A DNA stretch of 27,560 nucleotides from Gemmatimonadaceae bacterium (GCA_040902005.1 JBBDYA010000044.1:1-27560), one strand, 5' to 3'; numbered from the stretch's first letter, positions 1 to 9,887 are shown. Translations and numbers: made by a program. The notes: generated by a model not told the origin, from the letters alone.

Positions 1-279
1 GCCGCGGGCGCGGCGCCGACGGTCACCGGCCGCGTCAATCTCACGGGGCCCCCCGGCACGCCGCGCGGGCAGATGTTCGAGCTCCGCGGCCGCGGACTTC
101 CGCGCGTCAACACCAGCGGCACCGGCGACCTGCACGTCCGCGTGCAGCTCTGGACACCGGATCGATTGACGGAGCGGGAGGCGCAGGTCATCCAGGAGCT
201 GGCCAAGGTCCAGCGAAGCGTCCCGGTGGATCGCGGCAAGAGCTTCTGGTCCCGCATGCGCTACGCGATCGGGGCGTGA
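1..279 (+). CDS. dnaJ: Chaperone DnaJ, C-terminal fragment (5'-truncated by window edge)
   Basis: Frame is open from base 1: PTVTGRVNLTGPPGT..GQMFELRGRGLPRVN..GDLHVRVQLWTP, typical of the DnaJ C-terminal domain; precedes prmA-rsmE as in the common dnaJ-prmA-rsmE order. Confidence 0.9.
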   Translation, partial: AAGAAPTVTGRVNLTGPPGTPRGQMFELRGRGLPRVNTSGTGDLHVRVQLWTPDRLTEREAQVIQELAKVQRSVPVDRGKSFWSRMRYAIGA

Positions 280-1103
280 GTGCCGGCGCCTGGACCACGG
301 TGCGTGTACGCAATCCCGCAGACCGGGCGGCGGTGATCCGCGCGTTGTTCGAGGCCGGTGCCGAAGGCGTGCAGGAGCTCGACGCGGACGTGATCACCCA
401 TGTTCGCGACCTGGACCCCGACGCCGCGCGTCGCCTCATCTCTCGGGCGGACGCATCGGCGTCCGTTGAATTTGCGCCCACGCCCGACGTGGATTGGAGC
501 TCCGAATGGCGTTCGCGCATCGGCGCGCATCGCCTGGGCCGGATCGTCGTGACGCCGCCCTGGCTCGCCGACCAGTTCAGCGCCGACGAGCGCGTGGTCA
601 TAGAGCCGGCCATGGCGTTCGGAACCGGCGAGCACGAGACCACGCGCGGCGTCGTGCGGCTCATGCAGGCACTGATTCGGACCGGCGACTCGGTCGCGGA
701 CCTCGGCGCCGGGAGTGCCGTGCTGGGCATCGCGGCGGCCAGACTTGGCGCGCGAAGGGTGGTGGCGATCGAGCTGGACGACGATGCCATCGGGAATGCC
801 GAGGAGAACGTCGAGCGCAACGGGGTCGCGGGGACGGTCTCGGTGCTCCAGGGTGACGCCTTCGTTTTGCTCCCGCTGGTCGGTCCCGTGCGCCTGGTCG
901 TCGCCAACATCATCTCGTCGGTGCTGCGCGAGCTGCTACCCGTGATACGCGACGCCCTCACGGAGGACGGCGTCGCGATTCTCAGCGGTATTCTCGGCGT
1001 GGAACAGCCGGAAATAGAGGAGGCCCTGCGACAGGGCGGATGGCGCGTCCTGCACACTGACGAGGAGGGCCTCTGGTGGAGCGTCGCGATCGCCCGGGCG
1101 TGA
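276..1103 (+). CDS. prmA: Ribosomal protein L11 methyltransferase
   Basis: IEPAMAFGTGEHETT, DLGAGSAVL SAM motif, VVANI; GTGA overlap with dnaJ stop. Confidence 0.95.
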   Translation: MSAGAWTTVRVRNPADRAAVIRALFEAGAEGVQELDADVITHVRDLDPDAARRLISRADASASVEFAPTPDVDWSSEWRSRIGAHRLGRIVVTPPWLADQFSADERVVIEPAMAFGTGEHETTRGVVRLMQALIRTGDSVADLGAGSAVLGIAAARLGARRVVAIELDDDAIGNAEENVERNGVAGTVSVLQGDAFVLLPLVGPVRLVVANIISSVLRELLPVIRDALTEDGVAILSGILGVEQPEIEEALRQGGWRVLHTDEEGLWWSVAIARA

Positions 1104-1804
1104 TCACGCTGTTTACCCATGATCCCTTTGCCGATGGCGACACGATCCATCTGCGGGGTGGTCCGGCACAGCACGCGCGCGCGCGGCGCGTAACGCGTGG
1201 TACCGGGGCGCAGCTCCTGGACGGACGTGGGCGAGTGGGCAGAGGGGAGGTCGCCGCCGTTGGAAAGGACGAAGTGGTCGTGAACGTCGTGTCCGTTGAA
1301 ACGGTGGCGCGGCCGACGCCGCTCGCGGTCATCGTTCCCGTCGCAGACAGGGACCGAATGCTCATGGCGGCGGAGAAGTGCGTGGAACTGCAGGCCACGG
1401 AATGGCGTCCCGCGTACTACACCCGTTCCCGCAGTGTGAGCTCGCGGGGAGAGGGTCCAAAATTCCTCGAGAAGGTTAGGGCGCGAATGGAGAGCGCACT
1501 GGAGCAGTCCGGCGGCGCCTGGATGCCTGACATCCATCCAGAGACTGAAGCCGCGGAGGCATTCAGCGCCATTTCCGCGGGCTGGACGCGCCTGATTCTC
1601 GATTCACGTGGTACTTCAATCAAGGATCGTATCGTCAGTGGTGCCATGGCGATAGCGATTGGCCCGGAGGGAGGGTTTGAGGAGGATGAGGTGGCCGCCG
1701 CGCAGGCACTGGGATGGCTCCCGGCGTCGCTTGGCCACACGACGCTGCGCTTCGAGACAGCGGTGATTGCGGCGGCCGCAGTCGTTCGTTCACATCAGGC
1801 TTGA
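1100..1804 (+). CDS. rsmE: 16S rRNA m3U1498 methyltransferase (SPOUT)
   Basis: KCVELQA, ALEQSG, IGPEGGF, SLGHTTLRFETA motifs; start placed at GTG 1100 overlapping the prmA stop. Confidence 0.92.
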   Translation: MITLFTHDPFADGDTIHLRGGPAQHARARRVTRGTGAQLLDGRGRVGRGEVAAVGKDEVVVNVVSVETVARPTPLAVIVPVADRDRMLMAAEKCVELQATEWRPAYYTRSRSVSSRGEGPKFLEKVRARMESALEQSGGAWMPDIHPETEAAEAFSAISAGWTRLILDSRGTSIKDRIVSGAMAIAIGPEGGFEEDEVAAAQALGWLPASLGHTTLRFETAVIAAAAVVRSHQA

Positions 1805-1819
1805 CCGGAGAATGGAGCC

Positions 1820-2161
1820 ATGGCTGACAGCTGCCTGTTCTGCCGCATCATAAGGAAGGAAATCCCCGCGACCATTGTCGCGGAGGACGAGGGGACCATC
1901 GCCTTTCGGGACATCAACCCCCAGGCGCCAACCCACATCGTCATCATACCACGCGAGCACATTCCGTCGCTCAATGAGGCGCGTGACGCTGCCACGATCG
2001 GACACCTGAGCCTGATGGCCGCCCAGCTTGCGAAAGCGGAGGGACTCGCGGAGCGCGGGTATCGCACGGTGGTGAACACCAACGCGGATGCCGGCCAGAC
2101 CGTGTTTCACGTACATCTGCACCTCCTCGGCGGGCGGGCACTGGGCTGGCCGCCAGGTTAG
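1820..2161 (+). CDS. Histidine triad nucleotide-binding protein (HinT-like)
   Basis: CLFCRI N-terminus, AFRDINPQAPTH, GQTVFHVHLHLLGG HIT motif, WPPG end; SD GGAG upstream. Confidence 0.95.
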   Translation: MADSCLFCRIIRKEIPATIVAEDEGTIAFRDINPQAPTHIVIIPREHIPSLNEARDAATIGHLSLMAAQLAKAEGLAERGYRTVVNTNADAGQTVFHVHLHLLGGRALGWPPG

Positions 2162-2196
2162 CTTCTCACTTCCGACGTTTTTCAGAGGCTTCAACC

Positions 2197-2637
2197 ATGT
2201 CTGCCCTGCAGTCGCGGCTGCAGGAAGAGCTGACCGCCGCGCGCAAGGCGCAGAACAAGCCGGCAACGCTCCTCCTGGGCACCACGCTGTCCGAAGTCCG
2301 GAACCGCGCGCTCGAGCTGACGCGCGACCTCACCGACGAGGACGTGCTCGAAGTGATCCGGCGCGGGATCAAGAAGCGCCGCGAGTCTATCGAGATCTAC
2401 GAGAAGGCGCACCGCCCCGAATCCGCCGATCAGGAGAAGGCCGAAGTGGCCATGCTGGAGCGGTATCTGCCGGCGCAGATGAGCGGCGATGAGATCCGCG
2501 CTGTCGTGCGGGCGGCGATCGCCGCCGGCGCGGGCAACCTCGGTGCGGTCATGGGCAAGGTGATGCCGCAACTCAAGGGCAAGGCGGACGGCACCGCGAT
2601 CAACGCGATCGTGCGCGAGGAACTCGCGGGCACGTGA
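2197..2637 (+). CDS. GatB/YqeY domain protein
   Basis: IKKRRESIEIY, E..E..MLERYLPAQMS, GAVMGKVMPQLKGKADG pattern of the YqeY family. Confidence 0.93.
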   Translation: MSALQSRLQEELTAARKAQNKPATLLLGTTLSEVRNRALELTRDLTDEDVLEVIRRGIKKRRESIEIYEKAHRPESADQEKAEVAMLERYLPAQMSGDEIRAVVRAAIAAGAGNLGAVMGKVMPQLKGKADGTAINAIVREELAGT

Positions 2638-5024
2638 ATCGCCACGCGCTCGCCGTTCTCGAGTTCCCGCGCGTGCTGGACGAGGTGGCTTCCCACGCGA
2701 GTTCGGCCCTGGGCGCGGGGCGCGTACGGTCGCTCGAGCCCACTGTCGACCGTGGCTGGATCGAGCGGGAACATGGCCGCATCGCAGCGGTGCGTTCGTT
2801 CCGGGGTGGGGAGCCGGCATGGTACCCCGAGGCCGTTCCTGATCTCGTGGCGTCACTGGAGCGCCTGCGCGTCGTGGGGGTGTCGTGGACGGCCGCTGAG
2901 TTGCTGCAGGCCAGGCAGCTGATTCGCGGGTCGCGCATCACGCGCGACGCGCTGGCCGACGACAAGCGACCCGCGCCCGCGCGCGCCGTACTCGCGCCGC
3001 TCCGCGATCAGTTGATTGCGGACCGCGCCGTCGAGGCGGCGATCGAGCGCTGCATCGGCGACGACGCGGAGGTCAAGGATGACGCCTCGCCGGCGCTTCG
3101 CCGTCTCCGGAGGGAGTTGCGCTCCGCCGAGGGGGATCTCATCCGGCTGCTGGAACGACACCTTGCGCGACTCGACGATTCGCTTCGCGTGCCCGACATG
3201 TCTGTCACCATGCGCAACGGCCGCTATGTCATTCCCGTGCGGCGGGAAGGACGCGGCTCGCTGGGAGGCATCGTGCACGATTCGTCCGCGACGGGGGCCA
3301 CGCTCTTCGTGGAGCCGCCGGCGGCTGTGGAATTCGGGAATCGGATTCGGGAACTCGAATCGGACGAGCGTGAAGAAGTGCAGCGGATACTCGCGGCGTT
3401 GACCGAACTTCTTCGGCCGCTGCGCGACGGCCTGATGGCGTCGCTCGATGCCCTGGCGGAACTGGATTCCCTGCATGCCCGCGCGGCATTTGCGGACAAG
3501 CATGCGTGTGTTGCGCCGGCGTTCCGGTCGCCGGGGGAAGGCTGGGCCGTGCGGGTTGGGCGACATCCGCTCCTTCTCGCAAGCGGCGTGGATGCCGTCC
3601 CATTCGATCTCGAGATGGCGCCGGAGGAGCGAACCCTGGTCGTGTCCGGGCCCAATACCGGCGGCAAGACGGTGCTGCTCAAGGGCGTGGGTCTGGTGTC
3701 CGCCATGGGGCAGGCCGGCATTCCGCCCACCGTCGGGCCCGGATCTCGCCTCGCCGTGTTTGACGACTACTTCGCGGATATCGGTGACGAGCAGTCCATC
3801 GAGGCGAGTCTGTCGACCTTCAGCGCGCATCTCAAGAACCTCGCGGAGATCCTCGACTCTGCCACGGCCGACTCGCTGGTGCTGATCGACGAACTCGGTT
3901 CCGGAACGGATCCGCTCGAGGGGGCGTCACTGGGCTGGGCCATCCTCGAGGACCTCACCGATCGGGGCGCCACAACGCTGGCCAGCTCCCACCTGGGTTC
4001 ACTCAAGGAGCTCGCCACGCAACGGCGCGGCGTGGTCAATGCGTCGCTGCAGTTCGACGCGGAGCGTCTCGCCCCCACGTATCACTTCGTGAAGGGGATC
4101 CCGGGTCGATCCTATGGCATCAGCATCGCGCGCAAGTTGCGGCTGTCGGAGTCCGTGGTGGCCCGAGCTGAGGAGCGCCTGCCGAGCACGGAGCGGGACG
4201 TCGCCGCGTTGCTCGAGCGAATGGAACAGCAGCAGGCGGAGCTGAAGCGCCGCGAGGAGGAGCTCGAGGCGATGCTGTCGGACGCGCGCGCGCGGATGCA
4301 GTCGGTCGGCCGACGCGAGAAGACCGTCCGCGAGCGCGAGCGGAGCATCGAGCGTGAATCCCGGCAGGACGCGCGCAAATACCTGCTCAATGCCCGCGCC
4401 GAAATCGAGCGCACGCTACGGGAACTGAAGCGCGCCGGTGTCGAGGAAATCGACGACAAGGCGCGCGAGGCCAGGCGGCGCGCGGAGGAACTCGCGGCCC
4501 GGCAGGCGAGCCTCATCGAGCAGCTCGACGCCGAGGAGGAGAAGGTCCGTCGCGGGGACAGGGGGCGTCGGGCTGGCGGCGAAGCACCGTCGGCGGGCGA
4601 TGCCGTTTCACTCGAGACGCTTGGTGGCAAGTCCGGTCGCCTGCTCGAGGTGCGCGGGCCGGATGCGCTCGTCGCCGTCGGTTCCATGAAACTCACCGTA
4701 CCCATGGCGTCACTGACCAAGCGCGGCCCGGGCGATTCGGAGATCGCGGTGGCCTGGCATGGGGACCTGCCGGACGAGCAGGTGCGCACGGAGATCGACG
4801 TTCGCGGCCTTCGGGCCGACGAAATGGACGCCGCCGTGCTGCAGGCGCTCGACGACGCCGTGCGCGCCGACCTTCCCCGGCTTCGCATCATTCATGGCAA
4901 GGGAACGGGCGTGCTGCGGGAGCGCGTCGCGGAGATGCTGAGCAGGGATACCCGCGTGCGTCACTGTCGCGCGGGCGCGTGGAACGAAGGGGGAGCGGGC
5001 GTGACTGTCGCGGAACTCGAATGA
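2634..5024 (+). CDS. mutS2: Endonuclease MutS2
   Basis: LEFPRV N-terminus, HDSSATGATLFVEP, Walker A SGPNTGGKT, DIGDEQSIEASLSTFS, DELGSGTDP, coiled coil, C-terminal Smr domain IIHGKGTGVLR. Confidence 0.96.
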   Translation: MNRHALAVLEFPRVLDEVASHASSALGAGRVRSLEPTVDRGWIEREHGRIAAVRSFRGGEPAWYPEAVPDLVASLERLRVVGVSWTAAELLQARQLIRGSRITRDALADDKRPAPARAVLAPLRDQLIADRAVEAAIERCIGDDAEVKDDASPALRRLRRELRSAEGDLIRLLERHLARLDDSLRVPDMSVTMRNGRYVIPVRREGRGSLGGIVHDSSATGATLFVEPPAAVEFGNRIRELESDEREEVQRILAALTELLRPLRDGLMASLDALAELDSLHARAAFADKHACVAPAFRSPGEGWAVRVGRHPLLLASGVDAVPFDLEMAPEERTLVVSGPNTGGKTVLLKGVGLVSAMGQAGIPPTVGPGSRLAVFDDYFADIGDEQSIEASLSTFSAHLKNLAEILDSATADSLVLIDELGSGTDPLEGASLGWAILEDLTDRGATTLASSHLGSLKELATQRRGVVNASLQFDAERLAPTYHFVKGIPGRSYGISIARKLRLSESVVARAEERLPSTERDVAALLERMEQQQAELKRREEELEAMLSDARARMQSVGRREKTVRERERSIERESRQDARKYLLNARAEIERTLRELKRAGVEEIDDKAREARRRAEELAARQASLIEQLDAEEEKVRRGDRGRRAGGEAPSAGDAVSLETLGGKSGRLLEVRGPDALVAVGSMKLTVPMASLTKRGPGDSEIAVAWHGDLPDEQVRTEIDVRGLRADEMDAAVLQALDDAVRADLPRLRIIHGKGTGVLRERVAEMLSRDTRVRHCRAGAWNEGGAGVTVAELE

Positions 5025-6832
5025 TCCCCGACGAGGTGGTGGACCAGGTCCGGGAGCACGCCGACATCGTCGCCATCGTCGGCGAACTGGTGAAGCTCAA
5101 GCGCGTGGGGACCAGCTACCGTGGCCCATGCCCCTTTCATCAGGGAAAGGATCCCAACTTCTCCGTGAGCCCGAAGGGCGGGTTCAACTGCTTCGTGTGC
5201 CACGAAAAGGGCGACGTGTTCACTTTCGTGCAGAAGCGGCTTGGCCTCGACTTCGTCGAAGCGGTCAAATACGTGGGGGGAAAGTCGGGAGTGGACGTGC
5301 GTGAGGTCAGCCGCGACCGTGCCGGCGAGAAGGATCCGCGGGAAGGGTTCTGGGAGATCAACGCGGCGGCGGCGGAGTTCTTTCGCGCAGTCCTGTGGGA
5401 CGATTCCGTCGGGGCTCCCGCGCGGGAGTATCTGGCAGGCCGGCGCCTGGCTCGCGACGTGGCGGATCGCTTCGGGCTGGGTTTCGCGCCGCGCGATCCG
5501 GGGCTGCTGCGCGCCCATCTGGAGAAACTCGGATTCGACGACTCCCGGCGAGTCGCCTCCGGGCTGTTCGTGGTTCGCAACGAAGGTGAGGAGTCAGTAT
5601 CCCGCTTTCGAAACCGCCTGATGTTTCCGATCTACGATGTGCAGGCGCGGGTGATCGCATTTGGCGGGCGTGTCATCGGACCGGGCGAGCCGAAATACCT
5701 CAACTCGGCGGAATCCCCCACGTTCTCCAAGGGATCCACGCTGTATGGTCTGAACTGGGCGAAGCAGGCGATCCGGCGCGAGGAGCGCGTGCTGCTGGTG
5801 GAGGGCTACTTCGATTGTCTTCGCCTGATCACGTCCGGTGTCGAGTGCACCATCGCTCCGCTCGGCACCGCACTGACGGAGGCACAAGCCGAGTTGATTC
5901 GGAAGTACACGAGAACGGTGTTCCTGCTGTACGACTCAGACAGGGCCGGCCTCAAGGCCACCTTTCGCGCTGGTGACGTGTTGCTCCGGCAGGGCATCAA
6001 GGTGCACGTCGTTACCCTGCCAGAGGGGGACGATCCGGACACCTACGTGAACTCCCATGGCCGCGAGCAGCTCGAGGCACTGCTGGCAAACGCCATCGAC
6101 GTCTTCGAGCGGAAGCTCCAGATTCTGCAGCGCGGTGGCTGGTTCGCCGACCTGCGCCGCAAGCGCGTCGCGCTCGACCACCTCATGCCCACTCTGCGCT
6201 CGGCCAGCGACCTTATGACCCGCGGCCTGTACCTGGCGCGTGCCGCGGAAACCGTCGGTGTCAGCCCGCAGGTGCTGGAGGAGGAGTTGCGGCAGCCACA
6301 ACCCAAGCGCCAGTCCGCGCCGGCGTACCGGGGCGAAGCGCCAGCAGCACCGCGCGCGCGCACGCAGGAGCGGCGCCCCGAGTTCGCCGCGGCTGGTGTT
6401 TCCGCGGAGCGCGAACTGATTCGGCTACTCATCCACCGACGCCACGACATCGAGGTCGTCGCGGAGCGCGTTGGGGTCGACAGCTTCCGCGAACGCTCCC
6501 TGTCGCAGATCTTTACGCGGCTGCTCGAATTGCCCGACGAGCCGCTGGACTCGCTCGCGGACACGCTGGACGACGATGTGGTAGCGGTGCTGAACGATTT
6601 GGCAGCCAGTCGCGGCGGCCTGGACCTGCCCGTGCGCATCATCGATGACTGCCTTTCCGCGTTTCGCCAGCGCGAGATCGGCGAGGAAATGGAGTTGCTG
6701 GACCGTCGGCTGTCCGAGGCGGATCCGGCGCAGCAGGACGAGCTCATGAGCGCCAAGAACCGGCTGCAAAAGGAAATGCAGACGCTGGGCATGCCGCGAC
6801 GGTGGAAATCATTCGGACGCACCCGATCCTGA
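5021..6832 (+). CDS. dnaG: DNA primase
   Basis: CPFH zinc finger and C..C, RFRNRLMFPI, PKYLNS, TOPRIM VEGYFD, YDSDRAG, DPD; ATG 5021 overlaps the mutS2 stop (ATGA). Confidence 0.97.
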   Translation: MIPDEVVDQVREHADIVAIVGELVKLKRVGTSYRGPCPFHQGKDPNFSVSPKGGFNCFVCHEKGDVFTFVQKRLGLDFVEAVKYVGGKSGVDVREVSRDRAGEKDPREGFWEINAAAAEFFRAVLWDDSVGAPAREYLAGRRLARDVADRFGLGFAPRDPGLLRAHLEKLGFDDSRRVASGLFVVRNEGEESVSRFRNRLMFPIYDVQARVIAFGGRVIGPGEPKYLNSAESPTFSKGSTLYGLNWAKQAIRREERVLLVEGYFDCLRLITSGVECTIAPLGTALTEAQAELIRKYTRTVFLLYDSDRAGLKATFRAGDVLLRQGIKVHVVTLPEGDDPDTYVNSHGREQLEALLANAIDVFERKLQILQRGGWFADLRRKRVALDHLMPTLRSASDLMTRGLYLARAAETVGVSPQVLEEELRQPQPKRQSAPAYRGEAPAAPRARTQERRPEFAAAGVSAERELIRLLIHRRHDIEVVAERVGVDSFRERSLSQIFTRLLELPDEPLDSLADTLDDDVVAVLNDLAASRGGLDLPVRIIDDCLSAFRQREIGEEMELLDRRLSEADPAQQDELMSAKNRLQKEMQTLGMPRRWKSFGRTRS

Positions 6833-6848
6833 CGACGGAGGAATCGAA

Positions 6849-7556
6849 GTGAAAGCTGACGTGGCCGCACTGCTGGAAGTTCAGACGGACGACCTGCGCA
6901 TCTATGGGATCGAGGATTCGCTCGCGACATTGATGCCGCGGCTCGAGGCGCTGGAGAAGGATCGCAAGCGTGCCGAGGACGCGCTGGCCCAGACCCGCCA
7001 GGAAGTGGCCGTGGAGGAGCAGCGGCAGCGCGATCTGCAGGACCGGGTTCGGCAACATCGGGAGATGCGTGACAAGAGTGAGGCCCTGCTGGGGCAGCTC
7101 AGCGCGCCGCGCGAAGCGGCGGCGGCAATGGCGCAGATCGAACAGGCCAAGCGATTCATCGCGGACGAGGAACGCGACCTGGATGGGGTGGGAAAGCGCC
7201 TCGTCGAACTGCGGCGTACGGTCGCGGAACGTGAGCAGGGAATCAAGGACATCGAGCGCCTGCAGGTGGAAACGCGCGCGTCGCTCGATGCGGACCGCGT
7301 GTCGCTGGAGAAGGAGCTCAAGGCGGTGCACGCGGATCGCGAGCAGAAATCACAGCAGGTGCCGCGGCCGTTGATGCAGCGGTATGACCGGATCCGCTCG
7401 AAGCGAAGATCGTCAGCCGTGTTTCCGCTGCGCGGGAAATCCTGCGCCAACTGCGACACGGCCATTCCCGTCCAGCGACACAGCACGATGGTCAACACCG
7501 GGAACACCGAGGTCTGCGAGGGCTGCGGCGTTCTGCTTTACTCCGCGTCGGAATGA
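6849..7556 (+). CDS. Coiled-coil protein with C-terminal C4 zinc ribbon (DUF164 / CT398-like)
   Basis: Long helical heptad region, YDRIR, CANC..CEGCGVLLY; SD GGAGG upstream of GTG. Confidence 0.88.
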   Translation: MKADVAALLEVQTDDLRIYGIEDSLATLMPRLEALEKDRKRAEDALAQTRQEVAVEEQRQRDLQDRVRQHREMRDKSEALLGQLSAPREAAAAMAQIEQAKRFIADEERDLDGVGKRLVELRRTVAEREQGIKDIERLQVETRASLDADRVSLEKELKAVHADREQKSQQVPRPLMQRYDRIRSKRRSSAVFPLRGKSCANCDTAIPVQRHSTMVNTGNTEVCEGCGVLLYSASE

Positions 7557-7585
7557 TTGTCGTTCCGCGGCACCGTTCCTAGCTT
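7557..7585 (+). promoter_or_regulatory. Putative sigma70-type promoter for recJ (probably leaderless)
   Basis: TTGTCG (7557-7562), 17-nt spacer, TAGCTT (7580-7585), 6 nt before GTG 7592. Confidence 0.55.
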
Positions 7586-7591
7586 GCAGGA

Positions 7592-9307
7592 GTGACCGCG
7601 ACAGCCGTTCGACCTCGATCCCGCTGGCTCCTGTCGAACGCGCCGGACGCCGCGACGGTGGCGGCGCTGCGCGAGGCGCTGCACTTGCCGGATCTGCTGT
7701 GCCGGTTGCTGGCCGCCCGCGGCTATGGTGATCCGGACGCCGCGAAGCGATTCCTGCGACCCCGGCTCGAGGACCTGCACGCCCCGGCCACCCTGCGCGA
7801 CCTCGATCGCGCGGTGGAGCGCATCATGCGCGCGATCAATGATCGGGAGATGATCCTGATCCACGGCGACTATGACGTGGACGGCATCTGCTCCACGACC
7901 ATCCTCACGCGCACGCTGCGCTGGCTGGGCGCGTCCGTAACGCCGTTCATTCCCCAGCGCGTGCGTGACGGTTACGACCTGACTGCCGCCGGCGTGTCGG
8001 CCGCACGCGACGCCGGCGCTACCCTGGTGATCACCTGCGACTGCGGCACGAGCGCGTGCGCTCCCGTCGCGGAGCTGCAGGCCGGCGGCATCGACGTCAT
8101 CATTTCCGACCACCATCTCCCGGGTGGACCGCTCCCCGACGCCTTCGCGATTCTCAACCCGCGCCGGCCTGGTTGCGAGTCGCCGGACAAGGACCTGTGC
8201 GCCGCGGGCGTGGCGTACAAGCTCGCCCGCGCGCTCACGGACGCGATGGGGGCGAGCCCCAACCCGGTGCTAAACATGCTGGACCTGGTCGCGCTCGCCA
8301 CGATCGCCGACGTGGCACCGCTGCGCGGAGAGAATCGGGTGTTCGCGCACTTCGGCCTCAGACTGCTGAACAAGACCAAGAGCGCGGGGCTGCGCGCGAT
8401 GGTACGCGCCGCAGGGCTGGACCAGAAACCGATTACCGCCGGCCGCGTTGGATTCATCCTCGCACCCCGGCTCAACGCCGCCGGCCGCATCGGGAGTGCG
8501 CTCAGGGGAGTCGAGCTGCTGCTCACCACTGAGGAATCCGTCGCCAATCCCATCGCTCGCGAACTCGAGGAACTCAACGCCAGGCGGCAGGAGCTCGACC
8601 GTCAGGTGCTCGACCAGGCGCGCGAGATGGTGCGAGCGCTGGATCTCGATCGCACCTACGGCATCGTGCTCGCCGGCGAGGGGTGGCACCCCGGCGTGAT
8701 CGGGATCGTCGCGTCGCGCATCGTCGAGGAGTTCGGACGCCCGACGATTCTCATCGCGCTGGATGGTCATGAGGGCAAGGGGTCCGGGCGCTCCATCTCG
8801 CCATTCGACCTGCATGCGGGCATCGATCGCTGTCGCGGGCTGCTCCTTCGATTCGGGGGACACCGGTCGGCCGCCGGCGTGACCATCGCGCGGGACCGCG
8901 TCGCCGATTTCACGCGCTGCTTCAACGACGTCGCGATGGAGACACTCACCCCCGACGACCTGGTGCCGGAACTGCGCGCCGATCTCGAAGTCGAGCTACA
9001 GGACGTGACCGAAACGCTGGAGGCACTGTTCAGACATGTCGAGCCGTGCGGCATGGGTAATCCGGCTCCGGTGATGGTCGCTCGTGGCGTGCGTATCGCG
9101 GCGCCGCCACGGACCGTCGGCAAGGACGGACTGCGCGTCGTGCTCGAGCAGAACGGCACGCAGCTCACCGCCCTTGGCTGGGGGATGGCGCCGCGGGCGG
9201 CTGAGCTGTCCGTGGGCGCCACGGTGGATGTGGCATTCCGCCTCGAGCGGGACGAGTGGAATGGCGCGTCCCGCCTTCAGGCGCGGTTGGCGGACTTCCG
9301 CAGCTGA
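7592..9307 (+). CDS. recJ: Single-stranded DNA exonuclease RecJ
   Basis: HGDYDVDG, TCDCG, SDHH, ATIADVAPL, PRLNAAGR, GSGRS, FGGHRSAAG (DHH/DHHA1 motifs). Confidence 0.97.
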   Translation: MTATAVRPRSRWLLSNAPDAATVAALREALHLPDLLCRLLAARGYGDPDAAKRFLRPRLEDLHAPATLRDLDRAVERIMRAINDREMILIHGDYDVDGICSTTILTRTLRWLGASVTPFIPQRVRDGYDLTAAGVSAARDAGATLVITCDCGTSACAPVAELQAGGIDVIISDHHLPGGPLPDAFAILNPRRPGCESPDKDLCAAGVAYKLARALTDAMGASPNPVLNMLDLVALATIADVAPLRGENRVFAHFGLRLLNKTKSAGLRAMVRAAGLDQKPITAGRVGFILAPRLNAAGRIGSALRGVELLLTTEESVANPIARELEELNARRQELDRQVLDQAREMVRALDLDRTYGIVLAGEGWHPGVIGIVASRIVEEFGRPTILIALDGHEGKGSGRSISPFDLHAGIDRCRGLLLRFGGHRSAAGVTIARDRVADFTRCFNDVAMETLTPDDLVPELRADLEVELQDVTETLEALFRHVEPCGMGNPAPVMVARGVRIAAPPRTVGKDGLRVVLEQNGTQLTALGWGMAPRAAELSVGATVDVAFRLERDEWNGASRLQARLADFRS

Positions 9308-9323
9308 TCCCGGAGCTTCGCCG

Positions 9324-9842
9324 CTGCGCATCGTCGGAGGGGAATGGCGTGGGCGTCGACTCAAGCCGCCGGAGGATGCACGCGTGCGGCCCACCGCCGA
9401 TCGTGTGCGGGAAGCGTGGATGAGCATCCTCCAGGGCGAGTTGCCCGGCGCAAGGGTGCTCGACCTGTTTGCCGGCTCGGGCGCCCTTGGGTTGGAGGCG
9501 CTCTCGCGCGGCGCCGCTCACGCGACGTTCGTGGAGCTGGCGTCGCGGAGTATCAGGGCGCTGCGAGACAACGCGCGGGCCCTGGGCGCCGACGCGGTCG
9601 TGGACGTTCACCGGGCGGACGCGATGCGCTTTGTCGCGCGGCTGTCGCCCGGTGCGTTCGATGTGGCGTTCGCCGATCCGCCCTACCGCCTTGGCCTCGC
9701 CGAGCAGATCGCGGCGCTCTGGCTGAAGGTGCCCTTCGCTCCGGTGCTTGGCGTCGAACACGAGAAGGCGGTGCACCTGCCTGGAACAAGCGATCGTCGG
9801 ATCTACGGGGACACCGTGGTAACCTTCTACCGAACGCCGTAG
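9324..9842 (+). CDS. rsmD: 16S rRNA m2G966 methyltransferase; start uncertain (CTG 9324 or ATG 9261)
   Basis: RIVGGEWRGR, VRPTADRVRE, DLFAGSGALGLEALSRGA, DPPY; common rsmD-coaD pair. Confidence 0.93.
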   Translation: MRIVGGEWRGRRLKPPEDARVRPTADRVREAWMSILQGELPGARVLDLFAGSGALGLEALSRGAAHATFVELASRSIRALRDNARALGADAVVDVHRADAMRFVARLSPGAFDVAFADPPYRLGLAEQIAALWLKVPFAPVLGVEHEKAVHLPGTSDRRIYGDTVVTFYRTP

Positions 9843-9887
9843 CTTCCCGTCGTCGCGCCAGGGCCACCTCCGTCAATTCGCACGCTC

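Noticed and set aside
1..72. Odd residues in the dnaJ fragment (AAPTV, TGPPGTPRG where VPT and VPPGTQSG-like sequence is expected)
   Set aside because: Frame is intact and the deviations are at the window edge, so low-quality base calls are as likely as real divergence; no pseudogene call
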